Origin: the human T2T-CHM13v2.0 reference genome, Homo sapiens
NCBI RefSeq assembly: GCF_009914755.1
Contig: NC_060926.1
Length of the DNA stretch: 64,000 bases
Direction: 5' to 3' (one strand)
The notes beneath the pieces are model-generated. The model saw only the letters and a list, made by a program, of their open reading frames with translations. It was not told where the DNA came from and searched no databases. Positions 33,740-48,827 of this stretch are shown here, piece after piece (the first letter of the stretch is position 1; each line of letters begins with the position of its first letter). A program made the position numbers and the translations under genes.

Positions 33740-35202
33740 TAGTTTCTTTCTTCTCTAAGATTTCTTATCTTCATTCATTGTGGGCATGTTTTCCTTTATA
33801 TTTTGAACATAGTTTTATATGATGGGTGTTGTAAAATCATTATCTGCAGATTCCAATGTCTGGGTCATCTTAGTATCAGTCTCTTTGAGTATAAGTCAAG
33901 TTTCACCATTTCTTTGTATGCCCAGTAATATCGGATTGTATTATGTACATTGCGAGGAGTATGTTTTAAACCCTGGATCCTGTTAGGGTCCTCTGAAGAG
34001 GATTGGTTTTGTTTGTTTTTAGTGTGGTGTTTGGCCTTCAATTACATTTTAATTTTTTTCATTTTATGTCTTTCCTTCTTAATACACAGTCCATCACCTG
34101 GTTCAGTGCATGTCACCAAAAATTCTCCAGGGGAAGAGGATTGGTTTTTAGTTTTCACTGGTACTTAACTTGGTGAACGTGGCAGTTGAAGTACATTCTT
34201 CAGCCTTAGGTGGGCTGCTGTGATCTGTCCCATGCATGCATAGTTCAGGAGTCCACCAAAGATTCGGACCCAATTTATATGCTGAATTTAAGGGTCTCCC
34301 TTTGTGGTTCTCTCATTTCTGAAATGTTCCCCCTTCCCAATTGTTGTCATGCTCAGAACTCTATTTCTTGGTTCTTCAAGCCAGTAAGATTGTGGGTTTC
34401 TATCTAAGTTGTAGCTGCCACACTGGGCCATAAGGCAAAAATAAATACATAAATACTTAAAAACCTGGAAATTCACCCAGTGTGTTCCTTTTGTCCAAGT
34501 AAAAATTCTTCTCAGCTTCTGACAGCTTTTGGTTACTCTCCAGTGCTGTATGTGTAGTTGGGGGTCTGCGTCTCATACTTATGTGTTGAGGGTGGTCTAG
34601 TAAGAGTAGCCCTTTATTACTGGAAGCTCTAAGTCTATAATTTTTTTAAAAATTTCACTTGTATGTATTTATATTTTAAAATCATTTTGTTGTGAAATGA
34701 TTCTCTGTACTGTGAGGTAGTACACAGAGGAATCTCACCCCATGCTCCACTACTTAGAATTAAATACATATTCCGCTGTAAGAAAGTAATCTAATTACGT
34801 AATAATTCCTATCCCCTTTTCTTCCCCGAGTAGTGATAGCCTGTAATTTGCGTACTTCCTTTCTGTCCCCTTCTAAAGCTTTTATTACATCATACATGTA
34901 TCCATAAACTAAGTATAGAATTGTTTGGGGTGTGTTGCAAATACACATAAATCGTATCATATTAAATGTCAGTCTGCACTTTCTCCCACTCAGCATGGTT
35001 TTCCTGGTCTGGTCACGTTGATACATTTAGGTTTACTTCATTTTCACAGCTTATGTATTAGTCTAAAGTAAGCATAACTACCATGACTATTTATTTGTTC
35101 ATTTTCCTCTGATGGATATTTAGTTGTTTCCAGTGTTGCGTATCACACCTATAATCAAGATGAAAGCAGCAGAAAATGCTAAGATGTTTTTTCTCCATGT
35201 AG

Positions 35203-35399
35203 GTAAGCAAACTATGGGCTTTCCACTTCTCACTTATCAAGACCGATCGGATAACAAACTGTATCGTCTTCAGACTCCTCAGAGTCCCTTGGTGAGACCC
35301 TCCATGTATGATTATTATGACATGGATAACTATCCAATTGGGACCAATGCCATCGTTGCTGTGATTTCTTACACTGGCTATGATATGGAAGATGCCATG
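35203..35399 (+). CDS. POLR1B: POLR1B exon 13 (197 nt; KQTMG...[14 protein letters not shown])
   Basis: tgtag| and |gtaagt; GY.MEDA active-site motif. Confidence 0.97.
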
Positions 35400-35681
35400 G
35401 TAAGTTTTACCAGGAAATGTTGTTCCAATCTTTTTATTTTTTAACTTGTTTGTTTACTGTGAAATCACTGAAGGAATATTTTTGTGTACCCAAGTACCTA
35501 GTATTTGGCACGTGATGTTCTATTAAATGATTAGTTCTTAGTCTAAGTTGAAAGTGGGCAAGCCTTGAGGAATATCCACTAAATATTCAGATACACGTAT
35601 GTCTTGCATATTTGAGTGCATATTATGAGTAAATTTTGAAGTTTGGTTTTGGATCTATCTACCTTTTATATTTAAGTATGA

Positions 35682-36062
<381 letters not shown>

Positions 36063-36202
36063 TAGTATCAGTGATTTGGAAAATGTGAGGAAAGTTAAAA
36101 TGTGATGCCAGTTATCCTAAACCAAGTATGATAGTCCCACCTAGTTTTATTTTGAAAATCCTCAATTGGCCTCAGTCTTTTAACGATTCTTTTACTTCAC
36201 AG

Positions 36203-36456
36203 ATTGTGAATAAGGCCTCTTGGGAACGAGGCTTTGCCCATGGAAGTGTCTACAAGTCTGAGTTCATAGACCTCTCTGAAAAAATTAAACAAGGAGATAG
36301 TAGCCTGGTGTTTGGCATCAAACCTGGTGACCCACGCGTTCTGCAGAAGTTAGATGACGATGGATTGCCGTTTATAGGAGCAAAACTGCAGTACGGAGAT
36401 CCGTATTACAGCTACCTCAACCTCAACACCGGGGAAAGTTTTGTGATGTACTATAA
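36203..36456 (+). CDS. POLR1B: POLR1B exon 14 (254 nt; [11 protein letters not shown]...LDDDGLP...MYY)
   Basis: cacag| and |gtaagt; LD.DGL motif. Confidence 0.96.
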
Positions 36457-36669
36457 GTAAGTTTGGGTATCCAAGCTGTTTTGTTTTTGTTTTTGTTTTT
36501 GTTTTGAGACAGGGTCTCAGTGTGTCAGCCGGGCTGGAGTGCAGTGGAGTGATCTCAGCTCACTACAACCACCACCTCCCGGGCTCAAGCAATCCTCTCG
36601 CCTCAGCCTTTGAGTAGCTGGGACTCCAGGCATGGACCACCATGCCCAGCTAATTTTTTGTATTTTTAG

Positions 36670-36906
<237 letters not shown>

Positions 36907-37484
36907 TAGCTTATTTTACAATATAATTTATTTCAATAGGCTTTCATAATAATTTTTCAGTTGCTTTTGTTGCTAGTTTTCTTTCAGATGAACATAATTC
37001 TGTAGTGAATATCACCAATAGCTCTATTCATACCATCTCTGTTTGTATTGGAGAATAAAGGTAAGAATGAGTTTTGCAGGCCAGGCACAGTAGTTCACAC
37101 CTGCAATCCCAACACTTTGGGAGACCAAAACAGGAGGATTCCTTAAGCACAGGAGTTCATGATCAGTCTGGGCAATGTAGTGGGGCCCTATCTCTACAAA
37201 AAAAATTTAAAGACTAGCCAGGCCTAGTGGCATATACCTGTAGTCCCAGCTACTCAGGAGGCTGAGGTGGGAGGATTGCTTGAACCCGGAAAGTCAAGGC
37301 TGCACTGAGCTGTAATTGCACCACCGCACTCCAGCCTGGGCAACAGAGTGAGACCCTGTATCATAAAAAAAAAAAAAAAAAAAGTTTTACAAATATCCTT
37401 TATGAAGCACTAATTATATCAATGAAACTTATCTCCATAAGTTAAAACAAATAGGTTGACCTTATATGGTTTACTTTTTCCTAG

Positions 37485-38367
37485 GAGTAAAGAAAATTGT
37501 GTTGTGGATAACATCAAAGTGTGCAGTAATGACACTGGGAGTGGAAAATTCAAGTGTGTTTGCATCACTATGAGAGTGCCTCGGAACCCAACTATCGGAG
37601 ATAAATTTGCCAGTCGCCATGGGCAGAAGGGCATTTTAAGCAGATTGTGGCCGGCTGAGGACATGCCTTTTACTGAGAGTGGGATGGTCCCAGACATTCT
37701 GTTCAATCCCCATGGTTTTCCATCCCGCATGACCATTGGGATGTTAATTGAGAGTATGGCCGGGAAGTCTGCAGCTTTGCATGGTCTCTGCCATGATGCT
37801 ACACCCTTCATCTTCTCAGAGGAGAACTCGGCCTTAGAATACTTTGGTGAGATGTTAAAGGCTGCTGGCTACAATTTCTATGGCACCGAGAGGTTATATA
37901 GTGGCATCAGTGGGCTAGAACTGGAAGCAGACATCTTCATAGGAGTGGTTTATTATCAGCGCTTACGCCATATGGTCTCAGACAAATTTCAAGTAAGGAC
38001 AACTGGAGCCCGAGACAGAGTCACCAACCAGCCTATTGGGGGAAGAAATGTCCAGGGTGGAATCCGTTTTGGGGAGATGGAACGGGATGCGCTTTTAGCT
38101 CATGGTACATCTTTTCTCCTTCATGACCGCCTCTTCAACTGCTCAGATCGGTCGGTAGCCCATGTGTGTGTGAAGTGTGGCAGTTTACTCTCTCCACTGT
38201 TGGAGAAGCCACCCCCTTCTTGGTCTGCCATGCGCAACAGAAAATACAACTGTACTCTGTGTAGTCGCAGTGACACTATCGATACTGTTTCTGTGCCTTA
38301 TGTTTTTCGGTATTTTGTAGCTGAACTGGCAGCTATGAACATCAAAGTGAAACTGGATGTTGTTTAA
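37485..38367 (+). CDS. POLR1B: POLR1B terminal exon 15 CDS (883 nt to TAA)
   Basis: [48 protein letters not shown]4 zinc ribbon CVKC...CTLC; exon lengths sum to 3408 nt = 1135 aa + stop. Confidence 0.98.
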
Positions 38368-39301
38368 CTTGATGTTGACCTTTTGGATTAAGAGGACTAT
38401 CAGATTAAAGCAAAATGTAATTTTAATTCAATGAAGATATCATTACCAGGTTACTCTTGAGATTTTTCAACGGTGTTAGAACTCTCAACCAAGACCTGAA
38501 AACCAAGTATGCAAGGTTTCTGAATCTCTCTGGTAGATTAACTATTGACAATGATTTTCTGTTATCTTTGTTCAAAAAGTTCATGTCTTCTCAAAATATG
38601 AAATATTGATAAATGGAAGAGCATACGGTGACAAGTCTCCTTTCCAACCCCAGGTTCCCTACACCCTGCTCTCAGCAGGCAGTGAGTGTCACACACCTGT
38701 TAATCCATCTTGAGCAGGACAGTACTATACAAATAGAATGCAAGCTGTAATGTAATTTTATATTTTCTTATAGCCACGTTGAAGTAAAAACAAACAGGTA
38801 CAGTGTTTTTTACCAGCTTTATAGAAGTACAGTTGTTACATATTTAATGAATACAATTTGATGGGTCTGACTATATGCACACACCTTTGATACCATCACC
38901 ACAATCAGGGTAATAAACATACCTGTCATCTCCACAAGTTTCCTCCTGCCCCTTTGTTTTTTGCTTTTTGGTTGCTGTTGAGTTTTTGTTTTGTCTTCTG
39001 TGGTAAGAACACTTAACTCAAGACCTACCCTCTTAACAAATCTTTAAGTGCACGATATAGTATTGTTAATTCCAGGCACCATGTTGTACAACAGATCTTT
39101 AGACCTTACTTGTCTTGCATAACTGAAGCTTTATACCTGTTGAACAACTCTCCATTTCCCTGGCCCCTAGCAACCACCCTTCTACCCTGTTTCTATGAGT
39201 TTGACTATTACAGATATCTCATATAGTGGGATCATGCAATATTTGTCCTGTGACTGGCTTATTTCACTTAGCATAGTGAAATAAGATTCATCCATTTTGG
39301 A

Positions 39302-40604
<1,303 letters not shown>

Positions 40605-41283
40605 TTAAGAATCCCAACCACACACTTTCACACACTATTCCAGGTTCTGGCTACTGAATGATCCCACAGCTGAGGTCTATTGTCATCGCTCCACTTCTAT
40701 TTTTAGCAGCACTAAAAACATTCCCAAAAAAAATGTTTTTTAGCTTTTTAACTGTAGATTCACCACTAAGAAATTGGCATTGGAACAGTCCACAGAGCTT
40801 ATTCAAATTTCACCCATTTTACATGCACTCATTTGTGTTGCATGTGATATATAGTTCTATTTCATTTTATCACCTGTGTAGATGGATGAAAACAGCAACA
40901 TAAGCAAGATACAGAGCTGTTCCGTCATCACAGAGCTCTGCCATACTATCCTTTTATAGCCATCTCTACCTCTGTCCCCCATTTCTAACCCCTGGAAACC
41001 ACTAATCTGTTCTTCATAATTTTCTTATTTCAAGAATCTTACGTAAATAGGATCACGAAGTATAACCTTTGAGAATGGCCTTTTCACTCCATTCCCTTGA
41101 GATACATCCAGGTAGTTGCATGTATCAATAGTTAATTCCTTTTTATTGCTACACAGTACTCCATAGTATGAATATACTATGTACATAGCATATATATTTA
41201 TAGTTTAACCATTCACCTTGAACATTTTGGTTGTTTCCAGTTTGGGGGCATTAACAATAAAGCTGATCTGAACAATCAGGTAT

Positions 41284-41905
<622 letters not shown>

Positions 41906-42117
41906 TACAGGTTATTGTGTAAACATAAGTTTCATTTCCCTGGGACAAGTGTTCAAGACTGGGATTGCTGGGTCATATGGTAGTTGCATATTTCATTTAA
42001 TAAACTGCCAAACTTTTCAGAGTGGCTGTGCCATTTTACATTCCTACCAGCAATGTATAAGTGATTCATTTCTTGGCATTCTGACCAACCAGCATTTGGT
42101 GATGTCACTTTTTTTTT

Positions 42118-42216
42118 AAGGCTAGTCAAGTGAAGCAGTGGGAGTGGAAAAAGAACAAATAAATCTGTAAGTGGTTGTGATCAATTTGTTGCAACACCAT
42201 TGCACTTGGACCAGCC
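42118..42216 (-). pseudogene. Y3 RNA (RNY3) processed pseudogene
   Basis: Reverse complement GGCTGGTCCAAGTGCAATGGTGTTGCAACAAATTGATCACAACCACTTACAGATTTATTTGTTCTTTTTCCACTCCCACTGCTTCACTTGACTAGCCTT matches hY3 end to end with several substitutions; short A-tail (T run 42109-42117) and a TSD-like cactWtttYtt. Confidence 0.92.
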
Positions 42217-44174
42217 CACTATTTCTTATTTTAGCCATTCTGATAGATGTGTAGTGATATCTCATTGTGGCTTTAATTTGCATTTCTCTAATGGCTGAAA
42301 ATGTTGAACATCTCTTCATGTGTTTATTTGCCATCTGTGTATCTTCAGTGAAATGTCTGCTGTTCATTTTTTAATTGGATTGTTTGTCTTCTTACTGTTG
42401 AATTTCAAGACTTCATTATATATTCCAGATATAAAGCCTTTGTCATACAAGTGCTTTGCAAATATTTTCTCCCAGTTCATAGTTTGTCTTTTCATCCTCT
42501 TCACAGGTATTTTGCAGAGAAACAAATTTAAATTTTGATGAAGCCCAATTGACAGGTTTTTGGTGTTGTGTCTAAGAACTCTTCACCTAGCCCAAAGATT
42601 TTCTCATATGTTATTTTCTAAAGGTTTTATAGTTTTATGCTTTATATTTAAATCTATGATCCATTTTCCACTTAAGAGTTCATTTTTGTACAAAGTGTAA
42701 GGTTTAGATCAAGATTTTTTTTTTTTTTTTTTTTTTTTGCCAATAGATATCCAATTGCTCCAGGACTGTTACTTGAAAACGATCCTTTCTCTATTGAATT
42801 ACTTCTGCACTTCTGTCAAAAATCAGATGGCCATAGGCCGGGTGCACTGGCTCACGCCTGTAATCCCTGCACTTTGAGAAGCTGAAGTGGGATGATTGCT
42901 TGAGCCCAGGAGTTTGAGACCAGCCTGGGCAACACAGCCAGACCCCATCTCTACTAAAAAAATTAGCCAGGCATGGTGGTGTGCACCTGTAGTCCCAGCT
43001 CCCCAGGAGGCTGAGGTGGGAGTATCGTCTAAGCCTGGGAGTCGAGGCTGCAGTGAGCCGTGATCACGCCACTGCACTCCAGCTGGAGTGACAGGGTTTA
43101 AATCAGATGGCCATACTTGTGCGGGGCTAATTTATTTTGTATTATTTCATTTTTATCTCCTTTGTTGGCTTATTAACCCTACCTCCATTTTCATTTTTTG
43201 TTGTTTCTCTTAAAATTTCTAGTGTACATCTTTAGACTTGTCACACTTTTATGTAATATTCTACCACTTCACAGGTAGTAGAACAACTTAGCAACAGCAC
43301 ACACTTTCCTGTCTCTTGGCCTTTGTGCTATTTTGTCATAAGAGTTATATTTACTGTATCTGGAGATCTTGATTTCATATGCCAGATTTCCATTTTCCTT
43401 CGAACTGAGAGCTTGCTTCAGTGTTTCTGAGCTTACTTAGGTGAGACCAGAGCGGCCATTAGGGCTAATTTTGCCTCACTAGACAGGCAGTATCTTTGAG
43501 TAGTTTAGCCAGTGCACAGTGATGGTCTCCACTATGGCTCCGGGGATTGCTCTGCCTGCACCTTCCTGGTAGTTCCCTTGGTTTCCAGGAGTGTGTTCAC
43601 AGGCATGCTGTGTGCTACACGTGCAGGAAACCCTTTGCAGGTCTGTGCTGCGCTACTCTCTGGTACCCTGCCTTACAAACTAGCTGCCTTGGCCTCTCCA
43701 AATTCTCAACTTTGTCCCAACTCAGGGACACCCCTGGGCTATGTAGCCTAGAAACTAACTCTCCAGACATAAGCCGGGCCACTAAGGTCACTTCATTTGT
43801 CTCCTTTCTCTTGGGGACCACTGTGCTACAATGCTTGTTTCCAATGTCTGAACTCTGTTGTCTCCTATTTTGTCCAGATTTTTTAGTTGTTGATGTTTGA
43901 AGGATAAATCTACTACCTATGACATCACCACACCCGGGTAACTTTTGTACTTTTTGTAGAGACAGAATTTCGCCATGTTGCCCAGGCTGATCTCAAACTC
44001 CTGGGCTCAAGCAGTCTGGCCACCTCAGTTTCCCAAAGTGCTGAGATTTATAGGCATGAGCCACTGTACTTGGCCTATGTTTCTAACGCAGAAGCCACCA
44101 CCGTATGCCACACCTGTGACTCTTTCCCATATTTGTTGTAGTAAAAGGGACTGCAGGCCAGGCGCTGTGGCTCA

Positions 44175-44590
<416 letters not shown>

Positions 44591-44657
44591 TTATGATGTT
44601 ATCATCAGTCCCAGTGCTATCAGTCAACTCTACAATCCTAGGTAGTCGTTGAATCTA

Positions 44658-45052
44658 CAGTTGACCCTTAAACAATGCAGTAGAAAATCCACATATAACT
44701 TTTGACTCCCCCAAAACTTAACTATTAATAGCCTACTGTCGATCTGAAGTCTTACTGATGACATAGATTAACACATATTTTGTATGTTATATGCATTATA
44801 TACTGTATTCTTGCAATAGTAAAGTAGAGAGAAGAAACAGTTATTAAGGAAATCGTAAGGAAGATAAAATATACTATTCATTAAGTGGAAGTGGATCATC
44901 ATAAAGGCCTTCATCCTTGTCCTTTTCACATTGAGTAGGCTGAGGAGAGGAAGGGGGGTTGGTCTTGCTGTCTCAGAGTGACAGCGGCAGAAGAAAATCT
45001 GAGTATAAGTGGACCAGTACAGTTTAAATCCATGTTGTTCAAGGGTGAACTG
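44658..45052 (+). mobile_element. Tigger2a/MER28-type element
   Basis: TIRs CAGTTGACCCTTAAACAA and TTGTTCAAGGGTGAACTG flanked by TA. Confidence 0.85.
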
Positions 45053-45439
45053 TAAACTGTTTGATTTAATGGGCAACCCACGCACCCAAGTGGTTATAAG
45101 TGGTACTACAAAATGTATTATAAAAATACCGTAGAATTTTTTTTTTTTTTTTTGAGACAGAGTCATGCTCTGTCACCCAGGCTGGAGTGCAGTGGTGTGG
45201 TCTCGGCTCACTACAACCTCCGCAGCAATTCTCGTGCCTCAACCTCCTGAGTAGCTCCAGGACTACAGGTGCCTGCCACCATCCCTGGCTAATTTTTTGT
45301 ATTTTTTGTAGAGACACGGTTTCACCATGTTAGCCAGGCTGGTCTCGAACTCCTGACCTCAAGCGATTCGCCCACCTCGACCTCCCAAAGTGCTGGGATT
45401 ACAGGCGTGAGCCACTGCACCCAGCTGAACACAATCTGT

Positions 45440-45632
45440 ACCTTCCATGTACTGATTTATGTCTTTGTCTGTAACTCCTGTCCACCTAAAATGTACAAAA
45501 CCAAACTGTAATTCTACTGTCTCAGGCACACTTTCTCAGGACCTCTTGAGCCTGTGTTCCCCAGGCCATGGTCACTCATATTGGCTCAAAATAAATCTCT
45601 TTAAAACATTTCAGTTTGGTTTTTCTGTTAAC
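45440..45632 (+). mobile_element. ERV1 MER4-group LTR 3' fragment
   Basis: cctaaaatgtacaaaaccaaactgta...ggtcactcatattggctcaaaataaatctctt...gttaaca. Confidence 0.6.
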
Positions 45633-46699
45633 AGGTGGTTAATTTTTCCTAGTTCTTTAATGAGATCCCTAGAAACCGGGTTTAAGACAATTGATTTTTT
45701 TTTTTTTGCTTTCTCGGTCAGATAATTTCAGAAACTCCCTCCCTGTGCACCTGTGGGCATTCCCACTTCCACACACCAACAAGACAAGGTTAGACAGATC
45801 TTCTAAGGCAGCTTCTAAGGCCTTTCAGCATGTCAAAATGCATCTTTGGGGTATCCGTTTCTGAGTACCAACAAGGGAACGGAATGGGTTAAGATTTCAT
45901 TCTCTCAGTAGAGGAAAATCTAGGGATTCATTCTACATTTGAAGCCAAAAACAGTTATCTGACTCCTTCCAGAGCCTTTAAATGTTGATCCCTTCCCCTC
46001 TTCTCCCATCAAACATACACTTGGAAGTTTAAGAAGAATGGAGGGATCTCAAGGTGTAAAGTTTTCTTTCTGTGCGATGACCAGTGCTGGTCCTCGGATG
46101 TCAACTGCCAACCAGGGTAGCTCATGGTTACAACCTCCCGTACAGCTCTCACTTATCCAGAACTACTGAGGCTCCAAGCTCAGTATCAAACTGTTCACTT
46201 GCACTATGTCCTCTATGATGTCACTGTCATCATCATTTTACAGACACACTGCGACTCCAAGTGGTCGTTACTAGTTCACAATCAAGTAGCTCTCGTTCAT
46301 CTTCTCGTTCATCTTCAACTCTATGATTAACTGCAAAATGTTCTGCTCATTTTGACTAGAGTCTTGAAAGATCTGCAAACGAAACGGCAGGACTGATGCT
46401 CAGTTCTCTGACCAGGGGATATCCAGTCTCTTATGTGGGGAAACTCACGCCCAGGTCTAACCTCACACTTTTAAGACAGATGAGAAGGAAGGGGGAAATG
46501 TTGCTACATTAGGAGGAATTAATTACAAAGAGAGGAAGTAACTAGCTTGATAGTCTCATGGAGTCAGGATTAAACGCCATGTCTGTCCTGGCGTACGCTA
46601 AGGGATGGGGAAACGTCTGGGTCCCAGGCTGGGTAAATGGCAGGCCCAAGCCGAATTAGTTCGGCTCTTGGTTTGACTCCCTCTTCCCTCCTGTTCCAA

Positions 46700-47500
46700 G
46701 CGCTCGCATGAACCTGGGTGCCGGGGGATTATCAGCGTCTGCGCAAGGCCGATGGTGGCAGCGCGGCGTTAGGAATCAGGCCCCCTATCCCTGAGCCCAA
46801 CAGCCTACCGCTACAGCACCCAACGAAAATGGGAACAACATGTTGAGACGCTGCAGCAACAGCAGGCGCTTCCCACCAGCTACAGTCGGAGATTTGGAGC
46901 GCTTGTGTCTGAGGCTCAATCCCGTCAGGTGCCGCGCAACTCAGCGGCGCATTCTCTTTGGACCCGAGGCACCACCATACTTTCCATTGCTTACTTCCGT
47001 TAAACCCCGAGCGCTGCCATGGCAAGCCGGAAATAGGGATGAAGCAATTTAGCCAGAAGAGGGCGGAAGTGGCTACTCAGGGCGCCGCCATGACGAGCCG
47101 GGCCGGAAGAAGAGGTAGGGCGCCGCCGTGACAGATTAGTCCTAAAGGGAACGGGGTTGTTAGTTCAATTGGCTACCGGAAAAAACCAGGCTGGGCTGGG
47201 CGCCGCCATGACAACCGATACCGGAAAAGGCGGGTCGTTCCCCCCGGACAGCCCTACGCCGGCAAAGGTCTCGAGATGTGAGTAGTGAGAGCGCCTACCC
47301 CATACGTGCTGCCGCTCCCCTTCTTTTACCCAGTGATCTAGACCTAGTCTAGGACCTCGGGAACTAGGACCAGCCTCCCTCCTTCTTGGAGATCTGACCC
47401 TCAGGATTCAGCGCCTTCGCTCACGAGCTCCAACCCTCCGCATGCCCAAGCCCCGCCCTCTAAGCGTTTAGGCCTCGCCCCCTCTCGCGCTGCTTAGGAC
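46700..47500. promoter_or_regulatory. CHCHD5: CpG-island promoter of CHCHD5 (possibly bidirectional)
   Basis: CpG-rich; repeated ETS CCGGAA/GCGGAAGT at about 47027, 47063, 47103, 47176 and 47221; ATTGG near 47168; three GGGCGCCGCCRTGAC motifs. Confidence 0.8.
47276..47277 (+). CDS. CHCHD5: CHCHD5 exon 1 coding part: AT of the start codon
   Basis: GAGAT|GTGAGT donor; exon 2 begins with G, giving ATG CAG GCG GCC (MQAALEV). Confidence 0.85.
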
Positions 47501-48601
47501 TTCGGTCCAGTCACTCTTCACCCAATCTCTGCCCCCAGTACCCCAGGTCCGGCCTTCACACTGAAATCCTAAGACTACAGACTTATTTAGGGACCTCTAT
47601 GACTCCTACACCCATCTTCAGAGCTCCAGGTTCCTCCCCCTTGATCACCAAACTTTACCTTTTGAACCTTCCAGATCTGCCTGGGACCCCAGTCCTCACC
47701 TATAGGGTCCACAGACTTGTTCCTAGACCACTTTGACCTTGCCCAGGATTCCCAGAGCACCAACCTCATCCAGGGCTTCCAGACTTCACGCCCCTGGGAC
47801 CTTGAGTCCCGCACCAGGGCCTTAGGTTTCATCTTGAAGACTCTTTGGCTAAGACACTCTTCCCCAGGACCTGAGACCCCACCTCTTGGAGCTCTAAACC
47901 TCACTTTTAGAACCCCCAAACCCATTAAGGGCTCTCAAGCTCTCCCTGGAATTCTAGATCTTTCTTCTAAGGCCCCAAGTCTTCTGTGCATGATCCCCAG
48001 GCCTACTGGGGGATGCCTGGATTTCAAGGCCTGTCTTCTAGGACCCTGAAGGCCTACCTTACATTAATCAGACTTTGTTTTAGAACCTCCACTCTCTCCC
48101 CAGAAGCTCCCCTCCTGCTTTACAAGCCCCAGGGCTGGGCCTCACCTCTACACTTCTTTGGCACCATCTCAGGATCCTTCAGATTCCCACATCTGCCCTG
48201 AACTCCTAGTCCTACTTCAGACCCAGACCAGAACTCCCTTTCTTTGCGGAGCACCATAGCTTATGCCTGTAATCCTAGCACTTTGGGAGGTCTAAGCAGG
48301 GGGATCGCTTGAGCCCAGGGGTTCAATACCAGCCTCGGCAACATAGCAAGACCCTGTCTCTACAAAACATAAAAAATTAGCTGGGCATGGTGGCTCATGC
48401 CTGTGGTCCCAGCTACTTAGGAGGTTGGGGCAGGAAGATCACTTGAATCCAGGAGTTGGTGGCTACAGTGAGCTATGATCGTGCCACTGCACTCCAGCCT
48501 GGGCCACAGTGAGACCCTGTCTCTAAAAAATAAAAAAATAAAAAAGAATTCCCTTGCTTGCCTACTGCCTGGAATGATCCTCAGCCCATCCTGTCCCACA
48601 G

Positions 48602-48742
48602 GCAGGCGGCCCTAGAGGTCACCGCTCGCTACTGTGGCCGGGAGCTGGAGCAGTATGGCCAGTGTGTGGCGGCCAAGCCGGAATCCTGGCAGCGGGACTG
48701 TCACTACCTTAAGATGAGCATTGCCCAGTGCACATCCTCCCA
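48602..48742 (+). CDS. CHCHD5: CHCHD5 exon 2 (141 nt), first twin-CX9C hairpin
   Basis: cccacag| and |gtgagt; CGRELEQYGQC and CHYLKMSIAQC. Confidence 0.95.
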
Positions 48743-48827
48743 GTGAGTGCGGGCAAGTATGAGACAGTGTGGGGGGTGGGCAGTGGGGTGGGAATCTCCC
48801 AGGGGCTGAACTGCCCTACCCCCACAG

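Noticed and set aside
37419-37811. 130-aa antisense ORF over exon 15 (and similar ORFs over exons 9 and 12)
   Set aside because: Shadow ORFs of real coding sequence
45062-45125. Possible snoU13-like retrocopy on the - strand
   Set aside because: Only two short words (ttttgtagt, ttgggtg) resemble U13; insufficient
46290-46315. 12-bp direct repeat ctcgttcatctt x2
   Set aside because: Trivial slippage duplication with no further structure
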